From PVC group bacterium (GTDB lineage Bacteria > Auribacterota > Erginobacteria > Erginobacterales > Erginobacteraceae): a DNA stretch of 49,675 bases. The notes under the pieces are model-generated. The model saw only the letters and a list, made by a program, of their open reading frames with translations, had not been told where the DNA came from and did not search any database. This document shows, one piece after another, positions 1 through 10,207 of this stretch (position 1 is the first letter of the stretch; every line of letters begins with the position of its first letter). The position numbers and the translations under genes are program-made. The stretch covers positions 1 to 49,675 of the forward strand of contig JAZDIV010000151.1 of the NCBI GenBank assembly GCA_043804695.1, written 5' to 3'.

Positions 1-352
1 AAAGTTGTCGCACCAACTTCTAACTCCGGCAGGGGAACTGTCCCAGATTGATCAAAGGCGCGTGGAGATATGCCGGGCTCTGGCGTCCCGCCCGGCCCTT
101 CTTCTTCTGGATGAGCCTTCCGCCGGAATGAACCCGGGAGAAACAGCAGAATTAATGGATGATATCCGTACGTTTCGAGCCGGGCGCCCCGATGTCAGTG
201 TTGTTATTATTGAGCATGATATGACGGTTATCCGGGCCATTTCGGATCGAGTTGTGGCTTTGAATTATGGAAGGAAAATTATCGAAGGGAGCTATGCCGA
301 AGTTTCCCGCGATCAGGAAGTAAAAGAAGCGTACATGGGAAAAGAGGACTGA
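1..352 (+). CDS. livG: Branched-chain amino acid ABC transporter ATP-binding protein (LivG-like), 5' end outside window
   Basis: RRVEICRALA, Walker B LLLLDEPSAG, IEHDM H-loop, C-terminal VKEAYMG typical of LivG; followed by a LivF-like gene. Confidence 0.85.
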   Translation, partial: KLSHQLLTPAGELSQIDQRRVEICRALASRPALLLLDEPSAGMNPGETAELMDDIRTFRAGRPDVSVVIIEHDMTVIRAISDRVVALNYGRKIIEGSYAEVSRDQEVKEAYMGKED

Positions 353-353
353 A

Positions 354-1058
354 ATGATGCTCAGCCTGGATGGAATTACCACGGTTTATGGTAAAAACCA
401 GATGCTTCAGCAAGTATCTCTTCGGGTTAAAAAAGGAGACTGCGTCTGTCTTCTGGGCCCTAACGGCGCCGGGAAAACCACCTTGATAAAAGCAATTTTA
501 GCTCTGGCCGAAGTCGTTGAAGGAACTATTCATTTCCTGGGCCGGAGGATAGATAGATTAAAAACCCACCAGATCATCAACCGCGGTATCTCGATTATCC
601 CGGAGGGGAAGAGGATATTTTCCAAAATGACGGTGGTTGAGAACCTCCGGATGGGCGCGTTCAAGGAAAACGATAGGAGAACGATAAGAAGCAGAATGGA
701 TTATATATTCAGTCTGTTTCCCCGGCTGAAAGAAAGAAGCAAACAGATAGCCGGAACCTTAAGCGGCGGAGAGCAATCCATGCTGGGCATCGGCCGGGGT
801 TTGATGGCAAGTCCGAAGCTGATGATATTTGATGAACCTTCTCTGGGACTGGCACCGGTTCTGGTGGAAGAAATTTTTCACATTATCAGGCAGATTAACG
901 AATCGGGAGTGACCTGCTTTATGGTCGAGCAAAATGCTCACAAAACCCTTTCGGTGGCAAAATACGGCTACCTTCTTCAGGCCGGAAAAATCCTGGAAGA
1001 AGGAACTTCTCAGGAACTGAGAGAAAGTAGAATAATCAGAGAAGCATATTTTGCTTAA
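354..1058 (+). CDS. livF: Branched-chain amino acid ABC transporter ATP-binding protein (LivF-like)
   Basis: Walker A GPNGAGKTT, PEGKRIF, signature LSGGEQ, DEPSLGLAP, VEQNA. Confidence 0.9.
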   Translation: MMLSLDGITTVYGKNQMLQQVSLRVKKGDCVCLLGPNGAGKTTLIKAILALAEVVEGTIHFLGRRIDRLKTHQIINRGISIIPEGKRIFSKMTVVENLRMGAFKENDRRTIRSRMDYIFSLFPRLKERSKQIAGTLSGGEQSMLGIGRGLMASPKLMIFDEPSLGLAPVLVEEIFHIIRQINESGVTCFMVEQNAHKTLSVAKYGYLLQAGKILEEGTSQELRESRIIREAYFA

Positions 1059-1152
1059 ATTCCCACTTTCCTTTTAAATCCAATAACCTTACTCCCGGTG
1101 TGACCCTGGGTGCACTATTAAAGACAGTTAAATTGAAATTGGGAGGAATAAT

Positions 1153-2283
1153 ATGAAGAGGCTTGTTTATGCTTCAATCGGCTTGGCTAGTTTTATCTTT
1201 AATCCTGATTCAATAAGTTATGCATCTACTGCTGATAAACAACCGGAGGGGAATAAGGTTAAAACTGTAGTGACAAACTCCACTAAAACTGAAGACCCTG
1301 GAAAAAGAGTTTCAGTTAATCATGAATGGGGTTCGCTGAAGGAAGTTATTGTAGGTAGAGGAGATGATTTTGTTATACCGAGCTGGTCCGATCAGGTAGC
1401 GAAGCTGGAGGCACCACCGGAAACCAAGGAGTATATAAAAAAACACGGCGGTAAAAAATATTCTGAAGTTGATCCGGAGGGCTCAAAAGAAATTGTCGAG
1501 CAGATGAATGGGTTGGCCGGGCTTTTGGAAAGCCGTGGAATTATTGTGCATAGAAATAGGTTATATACACCTGAAGAGATGCAATATCTTTCCGATATCC
1601 AAAAAGGAGCCTCTTTAATTTTTATGCGAGATCCTGTGATAGTAATCGGAAACAATATTATAGAAACGGCTCTTCAGGCGCCGGTGAGAAGAAAAGAGAG
1701 GTTTTCCATCCGGGAGATCCTGCTGGATGCAGCTAAAGATGGCAACGCGAGATATATATCAATGCCGGTTGCCTCTCCGAGGTTTCCCAAGGAAGCTGAA
1801 TATGATCCTTTCTTGGAAGGGGGAGATGTCTTACTCAATGGGTATGAAATTTATGCGGGGTATTCCGGGCGGGCGTCTAATCAAGCCGGTATCGAATGGC
1901 TCCAACAGTACCTGGGGCCAAAATACAAAGTTCACACAATTAAATTGAAGCCGCATGTCCTGCACCTGGACTGCGCAATGGCTCTTTTACGACCCGGACT
2001 TGGGATTATCTGCAAAGACCGGATCATCGGGGAATTACCCGAGTCGCTCAAGGACTTTGACTTTATAGAAGTGACAGAAGAAGAGGCTTCCAAGCTGGGA
2101 GCCAATGTGCTGGTCTTGGATGAGAAGACAGTCATTGTGGATAAACAGCTTACCAGAATCGGTAACGAGCTGAGTAAGAAAGGACAGGAAGTAATTGAGA
2201 TCCCCTACGACGCCTTAGCTAATTGGGGGGGGTCTTTCCGTTGCTCTCACCACCCATTAAGGCGAGACAGCAAACTGGATTAA
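1153..2283 (+). CDS. Amidinotransferase family protein (glycine/inosamine-phosphate amidinotransferase-like) with possible N-terminal export signal
   Basis: HEWGSLKEVIVG, RDP, LEGGD, HLD and GGSFRC motifs of the pentein/amidinotransferase fold; GGAGG RBS. Confidence 0.85.
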   Translation: MKRLVYASIGLASFIFNPDSISYASTADKQPEGNKVKTVVTNSTKTEDPGKRVSVNHEWGSLKEVIVGRGDDFVIPSWSDQVAKLEAPPETKEYIKKHGGKKYSEVDPEGSKEIVEQMNGLAGLLESRGIIVHRNRLYTPEEMQYLSDIQKGASLIFMRDPVIVIGNNIIETALQAPVRRKERFSIREILLDAAKDGNARYISMPVASPRFPKEAEYDPFLEGGDVLLNGYEIYAGYSGRASNQAGIEWLQQYLGPKYKVHTIKLKPHVLHLDCAMALLRPGLGIICKDRIIGELPESLKDFDFIEVTEEEASKLGANVLVLDEKTVIVDKQLTRIGNELSKKGQEVIEIPYDALANWGGSFRCSHHPLRRDSKLD

Positions 2284-2406
2284 TAAACCGGGGATTAGGG
2301 ATCAGTTCGTGTATTTATGCAATTCTTGCTTCCACACGATCATGTGAAACTATAAATTTAAGGTCGGGGATAATAATATGTCTTCAGGGTCACCCCCCGA
2401 TTAACA

Positions 2407-2526
2407 AGTTCATGATTTAATTATTCTTGAATTTAAATCCCGTGTATTCAACCTTCCGGGCAGGGAGGGTTTTTTTGTATACCCTGAAATAAAAAAATAC
2501 ACTCTTTATCCAGTGATTGTTCTTAT
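2407..2526 (+). repeat. ~120-bp dispersed intergenic repeat, copy 1, containing a terminator hairpin
   Basis: Near-identical to 9949-10068 (about 5 mismatches by eye); ACCTTCC-GGGCA-GGGAGGGT followed by a T-run. Confidence 0.9.
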
Positions 2527-2746
2527 TCTATTTTCTCTTCAATTAATCATGGCAAGACAACTTGATCTCATGTATCGCGGCATCTCCGCTTTTAATCGGA
2601 TGGTTGTGATGCAGTAGGACTGAGAATTTATGATTTGTTTTAATAGTTAATCAATCGGATTAAAATCTAAATTTTCAAGCAATAGTCAGGGTTTGACCTT
2701 GGTTTTTGATGCGATGGGATAGAGACTTCAGCTGAAGGAGGATAGC

Positions 2747-4012
2747 ATGAAGAAATTAGCATTGATTGTTTTGCTTACTCTATTATCCACGGTGGCAGGT
2801 GCGGCCGAGCTTAACCCGCCGGCGCAAAAAGCTTTTGATTCAGCCTATGAGCTTAAGAAGAAAGGCCAGTTTTATGATGCGATTAAATTCTATGAACTAG
2901 CAATTCGGCTTGCCCCGGAATTCCAGGGGATATGGATGGAGTTTGTTGGTTGCCTGAGAAAAGCAAATTACTTGCAGCGCGCGGCCCGCGCAGGCTGGCG
3001 CGCCCTCGAATTGGGACCGCCAACCGCTGACATTTGGGGCAATCTTGGAAATGTTTTCGACCAGGCGAGAGAATGGGATGCGGCAATGGCCGCTTTCAAA
3101 AAAGCGGAAGCCCTCTCCGATGACAAACGCTGGATCGCTCAGAAATTTCTGAATCTGGGATACGGGGAAATGGTCAGCGGTCACGAGGGCCTTGCATTGA
3201 AGACATTTCAGTATGCCTTAAAAGTAGATCCGTCTCACGGGCTGGCAATGGTTGATTGCGGAGTAGCGAAGGCATCTCTGGGAAACATTGAAGAGGGGGT
3301 CAAAGAAATTAAAAAAGGCATAGCCCAGATCAGGAAGGAACATAACAACAAACCCGGGCAATACGGAGGCATTAAATACGCGCAGACCGCGTTAGATATT
3401 GTTGAAAAAGATGGGAAGATCAAACCGTCCGTGGATTTTAGAAAGGAGCCTTTTCAGAGATTGCCGGAACGATTTCTTGCCCAACCACCTAAAGGCTCTG
3501 CGCTCTCCCTCAAGATTGATGATAAAGTAGAAAGATCGTATCAGATCAGCCCTCAAGGTATTTTGACGATTACTACACCTGAATCATGGCGCGAGCGGAT
3601 CGTGGAAAAGACTTATCCTGTCACAGAGTTTAAAAGTTCAGCAACCGTTTATTCTCCGGATAATGGGGAGCGGTTCGAGTTTCTTCTAACTCCCTATCCG
3701 ACAACTAAAAAGATATCCGAAGTTGAATCTATAGTTAAAAAAATCGGGCAACAACGCCTAAAAACTTCCGTTGAGAAAAAGCTGGATTTGATACAGGTCA
3801 AATCGCCTTCCGCTAATGGATATGTATATATATTAACTGACAAGAAACTTGTTGGAAACAAACTCAAAGAAGGTGAATATCTACATGCGATTCAGGGAGT
3901 TATCAAATCCGGCAATAGCTGGTCCTATATCACGGTTCTCACTGATAACAGAGCGGAAAAATTCGTCGAAGAGATGCTCACTATCATGAAGAGCATTTCT
4001 TACCGCGAATAA
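2747..4012 (+). CDS. Secreted TPR-repeat protein
   Basis: Signal peptide MKKLALIVLLTLLSTVAGA; TPR motifs (WGNLGNVF..AREWDAAMAAFKKA; FLNLGY..ALKTFQYALKVDP); GGAGG RBS. Confidence 0.8.
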   Translation: MKKLALIVLLTLLSTVAGAAELNPPAQKAFDSAYELKKKGQFYDAIKFYELAIRLAPEFQGIWMEFVGCLRKANYLQRAARAGWRALELGPPTADIWGNLGNVFDQAREWDAAMAAFKKAEALSDDKRWIAQKFLNLGYGEMVSGHEGLALKTFQYALKVDPSHGLAMVDCGVAKASLGNIEEGVKEIKKGIAQIRKEHNNKPGQYGGIKYAQTALDIVEKDGKIKPSVDFRKEPFQRLPERFLAQPPKGSALSLKIDDKVERSYQISPQGILTITTPESWRERIVEKTYPVTEFKSSATVYSPDNGERFEFLLTPYPTTKKISEVESIVKKIGQQRLKTSVEKKLDLIQVKSPSANGYVYILTDKKLVGNKLKEGEYLHAIQGVIKSGNSWSYITVLTDNRAEKFVEEMLTIMKSISYRE

Positions 4013-4033
4013 TTAAAAGGAATCAGAAAAAAT

Positions 4034-4175
4034 CAGGGGTAAACCCCAAATACTAAGTCTATGATATAGCTGTTTGCGAATTCAAGTTTCACGTACTCAA
4101 CCTCCCGGAGAGGGAGGTTTTTTCTTGTGTACCTGGCTCTTAACCGATAAACTCCTTATCCATAATGGTTCTCAG
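4034..4175 (+). repeat. Diverged third copy of the 120-bp repeat, with intrinsic terminator AACCTCCC-GGAGA-GGGAGGTT-TTTT (~4099-4123)
   Basis: Colinear similarity to 2407-2526 by eye; preceded by CAGGGGTAAACCCC. Confidence 0.65.
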
Positions 4176-4381
4176 TTTCTATATTCATTAATCAATTGTG
4201 ATAGGAACCATCAACCCCTAATACCGCCGCATCTTAACCCTGAAGCTGAGGTAAAATCCAGTCGGTAGTCGAGGTTTGATCCCGTGCCTTTCCCCTTCGC
4301 CTTGAAGACCAGGAGTGGTAATATGGACAAGTTCGGGGATGACCCCCAATAAGTCGCCGCTGGAGAAGAATAATATCCATC

Positions 4382-5590
4382 TTGCTCAAACGCCTGCTGG
4401 TACTGCTTTTGATACCCGCCGCGCTGGTTCTTCTCGTAACCCCTCTCCCCACCCACAGCAGCGCCTACGTGGAACAGGACTTTGTGTTCGTCATCGCCTC
4501 CCCGAGATCGGCCAAAACGAAGTTTGACAATGAGCTTCCGCGGATAACCCGGGAAGAGCTGCAGCCGTACCCGCATATTCTCCGGGCGGTTGAGGACCGA
4601 GGGGCGGAATTTGCGAGTTTTCGGGTTTCCGACGAGGAAGATGGTAATTCACTGGGACTGGAGGAGCTCGGCAAGACGCTCTCGGAGATGGAAGGGGTCT
4701 CCCCGGAGGACGCGGAACGGCACCGGAAGACCGTTGCCAAGAGCAAAGAGATGTTTCGCCGGGCGGAAGAAGAATCCCGGAAGGTTCAGCGGACGCTCCT
4801 GGCCGCCCGGCAGGAAAGCTGGGAGCATGCACCCACCGATATTCCGGTCGGGGAGTGGCAACAGATGGTGAGTGATCTTCTCGATTCCGGGGAGAGAGAA
4901 GCTTCGTTTCTCTTCGACGGATCTCTCTATCAGGGATTCGTGAGATATGACAGCGCTTGTATAAATCAGCCGATTCCGGGTCTCGAGATCGGGCAGAGAA
5001 TAGCGGGTGGTGTCTTTCTCCTCATCGGCATATTGCTGATTACAGGCCTGTACAGAGAGAAGACGGGCATCATGATAGCGAAACGCTGGGGGATCGTCCT
5101 CTGGGATGTCATCTCTATCTGTGTCAGCGGATTTTTTCTCTACGGTGTCATCGACCTTGCCCTGGTGAAGGTATTCGGCACGCCGACGGCTACCGAGGAG
5201 TTTCTCCAGTTCATGGGGGTCTTCTGGGTGGTCTTCGCCATTCCCGTCCTCGCTTTTCTCATTTCAGCGACCGCCGCTCAGGCGGTCGAGATTGACGGGA
5301 AAGGCATCAGGCTGGACGGGCTGTTTACAGAGAGGTTTATCCCCTGGGAAGAGCTCCGAGGAATCGAGGTTACCGAACTGCGATCGGTGAAGCGGGCGGG
5401 GGGCTTTACCGCTCCGAAGCGGCTGATGAAGATCATGTGGCTGACGGGCGATTCTTCGTCCATCACCCTGATGGAGCCGCCGCTCAAATCCACCAAGCAG
5501 CGTATCTTCGAAGCCCTGACAGCCCACGCACCGGCAGAGTGGAAAGGAACTATCGAAGAAGAGGGGAAGACCTGGCGGGCATTTTTCTAA
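4382..5590 (+). CDS. Hypothetical membrane protein (N-terminal anchor, soluble helical region, several TM helices, bacterial PH-like C-terminal domain)
   Basis: Long ORF with hydrophobic segments; VEIDGKGIRL...RFIPWEELRGIEV resembles bPH domains; start uncertain. Confidence 0.65.
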   Translation: MLKRLLVLLLIPAALVLLVTPLPTHSSAYVEQDFVFVIASPRSAKTKFDNELPRITREELQPYPHILRAVEDRGAEFASFRVSDEEDGNSLGLEELGKTLSEMEGVSPEDAERHRKTVAKSKEMFRRAEEESRKVQRTLLAARQESWEHAPTDIPVGEWQQMVSDLLDSGEREASFLFDGSLYQGFVRYDSACINQPIPGLEIGQRIAGGVFLLIGILLITGLYREKTGIMIAKRWGIVLWDVISICVSGFFLYGVIDLALVKVFGTPTATEEFLQFMGVFWVVFAIPVLAFLISATAAQAVEIDGKGIRLDGLFTERFIPWEELRGIEVTELRSVKRAGGFTAPKRLMKIMWLTGDSSSITLMEPPLKSTKQRIFEALTAHAPAEWKGTIEEEGKTWRAFF

Positions 5591-5700
5591 CATCGGGAGC
5601 TGAGAATATGAAATCGAAGAGTGCTCAAACAATCTAAATGGAGTAGATTATATCCGGGCAAGTAAAGTTCAGGCGGAAACCCAATAAAAAGGAGGAAAGG

Positions 5701-6047
5701 ATGAAGAAGATAATGGCGGTGATAATCTTAAGCAGTCTCATTGTGGGAGTTTCGTCAGTGTCGGCGGAAGATATCGTTCTCTGGGGGAAGCAGACCAGGG
5801 GATGGGGCGCCACCAACGCCAAGACTGAAAGCAAGGCTATCACGCTGGAAAGGCAGCCACGATCGTCAAAGTCGAGGGAACTGCCAAGAGATACTGCATC
5901 TGGTCCGGCGGCCGATCGGTCCTCTGCGGCGGCAAGGGAAGAGAAAGCATAATTGGAAAGACCCTTTCTCCCGGGCAGTACACAGTCCTTCCCGGTCTGA
6001 ATGACCAGAGTGCGGCGGAAGTGAGGATATATCTCCAGGAGAACTAA
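5701..6047 (+). pseudogene. Small secreted protein interrupted by a frameshift near 5850
   Basis: AGGAGG RBS and signal peptide; after ...ITLE another frame continues AATIVKVEGTAKRYCIWSGG...VRIYLQEN* to TAA at 6045-6047. Confidence 0.6.
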
Positions 6048-6097
6048 TATCCCGCCGGCAGGGGCAAGAGAAGCAGGTAGATTCAAGGAGGAGAAAT

Positions 6098-9000
6098 TTG
6101 AGTTTAACCCATGGTCTTTCCAGAATTGTTTGTGTTTTTTTTGCGGCGGGATTGTCGATTATGGCCGGGGAAGGAGCCCGGGGCCAATCTGCGCCGGCAA
6201 CTCCCCAGGCGGCGCTCGCCCTGGAATCGGTCCGCCTCGACCCCCTCTTCCCCAGCACTTCCGATCTGCCGACCTTCGGTAAGCTCAAGTGGCGGCGCTT
6301 GAAGAAAAATCTCGGCACCGACGTTGTGCAGAAGGAGAGCCGCGCGGTCTCGTCCGGAATGTACTACGTCAGCTATATCAAACTTGGCGATCGGCTTGAG
6401 GACGGAAAAAAAAATTTGGAGTATACAAGGGATTATCTCCAGAGATTACCTAGAGAATATGAAGCTAAACTGGCGAGCGAGCGCGATGAACTGGCCCGGG
6501 CACTGGACGGGGCTCAGGCCTACGCCAGTAAAAAACATAAGCAGAAGAGATACCTGGACATGGCCGAGGCGGCCCAGAAGATAATAGACTACACAATAAA
6601 AGACTATCCCGACCTGCTGGCGTCGGCGAAAGAGCAGTTGGAGAATGCCGAAGAACGCCTGGCCAAGATGGAGAAAGAGACTCCCGAGGACCGCCTCTGG
6701 AATGATCTGATGGAATCATCCATCTTTAACGTGATCAGCGGGATCAGATACATGGAAGACCCTGATGAATGGCTGCGGGCGATCGAGGGATATGATCCCC
6801 TGTTCAAGAATGCAGATTCTGCCGGCGTGGGGGAGTATTCGATTCTATCCCCCACAAAACAATTCTACGACGTGCGCTTCAAACGAGGACATTACATAGT
6901 CTCCCTGATGGTAACCGGGGGGATCGGGGGGATAAACAACGATGAGATCGACGTCGGCAGCCATGAGGCCGGCAAGGCTATCGCGCTGGCTTTCGACCGG
7001 GCGCTAAGCGGAGACGTTCCGGGTATCTCGCTGGAGAAAAATCCGGTCACGAAGCAGCCTTTTCTCGGTCTGGTGGCCGACGGCACCAATACGCTGGCAA
7101 TCTCTATCTTTCTGCCCGAGGCCGACGGCAGCGTTAAAGTAAAACAGCCTCAACTGGGGTCCCTGAAACAGAAAGCAAATAATAAGTGGGAGACCGTTAA
7201 ATCGGGGGATATTCCCCTCCAGGGGCCGGGAAAGGCCGCTCTCCGCTATCACCCGCCGGAATACATAAAAAAATCGGATCTGAAAAAGCAGATCCCTATC
7301 CATCCCAAAGGTGAACCGGATACCTGGTATGCCGAGGAGATGCTGAGCTTCCGTTACACGACCAAGGAGGGAAAAGAGGAAAAGGTCGATCTGCCCATCC
7401 GTATCTTCCGCCCACCCGTGGTGCTGGTCCACGGCTTTACCGGCGGTCTCGACACTTGGGAAAAACTCGATGCCGATCTGACTGACCTACTGTGGGACAC
7501 CCAACGGAATGAATACTATTTTGGGGAACAGGGCGTTTCCGACCAGGCGGTACTGCTGCGCTCTAATATCCAGAACAGCAAACTGCATTATCGGAAGAAG
7601 AACGTCAAGATTCAGAAGGTTGACATCGTGGTCCACAGCATGGGGGGACTGATCAGCCGTTACTATATTTCACTCTCGGGCAAGTACGAAGATGATGTCC
7701 GGAAGTTGATAATGGTGGCGACACCCAACCACGGGGCCAGCCTGACAGAAAAGTACATCGGCAATGCCGCTTCGCTGTTCAGCGGTCTCGCCCATTCCAA
7801 GGCTGGCAACGACCTTCACGAAAACAGCGATGTCATTACCCAGCTGAATCTGCTGGAGTCAACCGGCGGCCATCTCCACAAGGACGTACAGTACGCCGTG
7901 CTCTACGGCAGGAGGCATAATTACTGGATCTGGGGAGTCTGGAGCCGGGACAGCTATTATCCCAACGATGGCGTTGTGTCGGTGGACTCCGCGCTTCTCA
8001 ACGGCGTTGTAGCCTATCGCTTCGACGGATGCCTCCATACCGGCGGCGGCCTCAAATCCATATATCCCCGCGACACCGGCATCTGCGAATATGGACCGGT
8101 ATTCGACAAGGTCAAAACACTGCTGCTGAGCAACATCCCCCAGTTGGACCTAGCCCACAGCGACGCGGTCATCAAAGAGGTCTCGGGCGACGTACAGTGC
8201 CTCACGCTTTCCTGGCAGCCGGCCAAGCCGGGCACGAGCATCTGCCGGAAAGGTGTAAAGACGGGTCCCGACAGCACCGCTCAGATCAATTTCACTCAAC
8301 AGGGGGTCCCGTTTGCCCGGCTCTATCTGAAACCTGATACGGAAGTACGGATCTTCAGCGCGTCTTACCGGTACGTTCGTATTTACATCTACACGGGACG
8401 GGCCCGGTTTTCTTCGGTCCTGGGAAAAAAGAGCGACGTGGAGATTGTGGCCGGGAAAGGCTCGCATGAACTGAAGTTCTACCCGATGGCCAAGATTATT
8501 CACCTCGAGACCGATTTCGATGTCGGCGTGATAGACGGTGACGTCCAGGTATATTCCCGGGAGGGAAGAGTGGCGGTGGAGTACTGGGATAAGGAAGGCC
8601 GGCCGCAGGGGAAAGTTCTGTCCGGAGGCGAGGGCGTGTCTCTGATCGGCGGAACTGAATTGGTGGATACGGACGGACCAGCGGACGAGGCGTCCGGGCC
8701 GGGGAAAGAGATAGATATCCGGGAATCCGCCACCCCCCCGGCGAGGGAGGAGCCGTCCGGCAGCCGGACCAAGGCGATTGAGCTGATCATCTCGGATACT
8801 CCCCTAACCGCGCGGGGGGACGGAGACAACATCTATGGGACGACCGCCGCTCTCTATGGGAGATGCTCCTGGCAAGGCCCGGCCCCGGGAACCATCTTGG
8901 ACGTGCGGGTATTCCGCAAAAACTCACCGAAAGCCGTCCTGACGATGCCGCTGCTGATCCCGCCCGGAGACAGCATATTGGATTTCAGTATCCCCGCCCG

Positions 9001-9100
9001 CCCGACGGGATGGGATGAAGGTCTGTACTCCGTCCGGATATTGAGCGGAGAACAGCTTCTGGCGGAAGAGTCATTTGAGATAAAAACTTACAGCAACTGA
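6098..9100 (+). CDS. Large exported multidomain protein: coiled coil, alpha/beta-hydrolase (PGAP1/lipase-like), FecR-like domain, C-terminal Ig-like domain
   Basis: PVVLVHGF, DIVVHSMGGL nucleophile elbow, ATPNHGA, NDGVVS; VKTGPDSTAQINF...LKPDTEV and TDFDV (FecR-like); AGGAG RBS before TTG. Confidence 0.75.
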   Translation: MSLTHGLSRIVCVFFAAGLSIMAGEGARGQSAPATPQAALALESVRLDPLFPSTSDLPTFGKLKWRRLKKNLGTDVVQKESRAVSSGMYYVSYIKLGDRLEDGKKNLEYTRDYLQRLPREYEAKLASERDELARALDGAQAYASKKHKQKRYLDMAEAAQKIIDYTIKDYPDLLASAKEQLENAEERLAKMEKETPEDRLWNDLMESSIFNVISGIRYMEDPDEWLRAIEGYDPLFKNADSAGVGEYSILSPTKQFYDVRFKRGHYIVSLMVTGGIGGINNDEIDVGSHEAGKAIALAFDRALSGDVPGISLEKNPVTKQPFLGLVADGTNTLAISIFLPEADGSVKVKQPQLGSLKQKANNKWETVKSGDIPLQGPGKAALRYHPPEYIKKSDLKKQIPIHPKGEPDTWYAEEMLSFRYTTKEGKEEKVDLPIRIFRPPVVLVHGFTGGLDTWEKLDADLTDLLWDTQRNEYYFGEQGVSDQAVLLRSNIQNSKLHYRKKNVKIQKVDIVVHSMGGLISRYYISLSGKYEDDVRKLIMVATPNHGASLTEKYIGNAASLFSGLAHSKAGNDLHENSDVITQLNLLESTGGHLHKDVQYAVLYGRRHNYWIWGVWSRDSYYPNDGVVSVDSALLNGVVAYRFDGCLHTGGGLKSIYPRDTGICEYGPVFDKVKTLLLSNIPQLDLAHSDAVIKEVSGDVQCLTLSWQPAKPGTSICRKGVKTGPDSTAQINFTQQGVPFARLYLKPDTEVRIFSASYRYVRIYIYTGRARFSSVLGKKSDVEIVAGKGSHELKFYPMAKIIHLETDFDVGVIDGDVQVYSREGRVAVEYWDKEGRPQGKVLSGGEGVSLIGGTELVDTDGPADEASGPGKEIDIRESATPPAREEPSGSRTKAIELIISDTPLTARGDGDNIYGTTAALYGRCSWQGPAPGTILDVRVFRKNSPKAVLTMPLLIPPGDSILDFSIPARPTGWDEGLYSVRILSGEQLLAEESFEIKTYSN

Positions 9101-9110
9101 GGAGTTAAAG

Positions 9111-9875
9111 ATGAAAAAGCGATATCCGGCTTTCATATTTGCGGTTCTGGTCGTGAGCGCGGGCTGTTCTTCATCATCAGAGTTCAAGCAGGTGCAGTAC
9201 GAGCGGGACGTCCTGGACGGTGAAGTGACCGTCCTGCGCGACCGGGTGAAGGAGTTAACCTCCGACCAGAGCGATCTGCTGAAAGACCTGGACCTGATGA
9301 AGGCCGGAAAAGCCTCCGTCGAAGAGGAGAGAGACAGCCAGTCTCTGCAGAACCGGAATATCCGTCACGCGGTCAGAGAATTTATCCGGCAGCAGCTGCA
9401 AGCTCTCCGGGAACTGTCTCTCCAGCGCGGACTGATGGATACCGTCGGAAGTGAGATCATCACCCGCAAACAGAACGACCGGGAATCCCGGCTTATTGCT
9501 GATTTCCAGCATCCCGTGCCCTCCCAGGCAACCCTGCTCGGCATCGGGTTCAACGCCGGGGGGGAGACCCGCCTGTCGCCCTGCCTGCTGCGTCCATCCG
9601 GGGAACAACTGACGGTCATCTGGCGGGGAAAGGAACTTCACGCCGAGAAAGCCGGCACTTATTACTCCCTGTTTGATGTTCCTGTGATCGCCCAAAAAGG
9701 CGACTTGATCGGAATTGCCAGTCCCGCAGGACTGGACATTACTTATGACCCGGGCGTGGGCGATGGACGGATACTTGATATTATCGCCGCGCCGGGCGAA
9801 TCACTTCCTGCAGGGGACTTTAAAGACAAAAGGAAACGCGCCTATTCATTCAATATGTATGGAATTATAGAATAG
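9111..9875 (+). CDS. Putative lipoprotein with coiled-coil region
   Basis: Lipobox-like VSAGC after a hydrophobic stretch; heptad region; GAGGAG RBS. Confidence 0.7.
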   Translation: MKKRYPAFIFAVLVVSAGCSSSSEFKQVQYERDVLDGEVTVLRDRVKELTSDQSDLLKDLDLMKAGKASVEEERDSQSLQNRNIRHAVREFIRQQLQALRELSLQRGLMDTVGSEIITRKQNDRESRLIADFQHPVPSQATLLGIGFNAGGETRLSPCLLRPSGEQLTVIWRGKELHAEKAGTYYSLFDVPVIAQKGDLIGIASPAGLDITYDPGVGDGRILDIIAAPGESLPAGDFKDKRKRAYSFNMYGIIE

Positions 9876-9884
9876 CTGTAAATC

Positions 9885-9908
9885 GGGGTCAAATCTTTAC
9901 TTTTGACA
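9885..9908 (+). repeat. REP-like motif GGGGTCAAATCTTTACTTTTGACA
   Basis: Imperfect palindrome GTCAAA...TTTGAC; related copy on the opposite strand at 10738-10761. Confidence 0.6.
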
Positions 9909-9948
9909 ATAGGAATTTATGCGAATCAGGGTCTAACCCCAATTATTG

Positions 9949-10068
9949 AGTTCATGATTTGATTATTCTTGAATTTAAATCCCGTGTATTAAACCTTCCG
10001 GGCAGGGAGGGGTTTTTTATATACCCTGAAATAAAAAGATACACTCTTTATCCAGTGATTGTTCTTAT
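9949..10068 (+). repeat. ~120-bp dispersed intergenic repeat, copy 2, containing a terminator hairpin
   Basis: Near-identical to 2407-2526; preceded by CAGGGTCTAACCCC (9927-9940). Confidence 0.9.
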
Positions 10069-10207
10069 CCTCTAATTTAATTTCCATGAATAATCCGGGT
10101 TAAAGGCTCCTCAAATGTGTCAGCGGTCACTTAAAATGGGCCATTAAAGAACGGTTCACTTTGAGATGGTTAATAATCAAGTTGCTCATGGCAAGGAGGT
10201 TGGGGAT

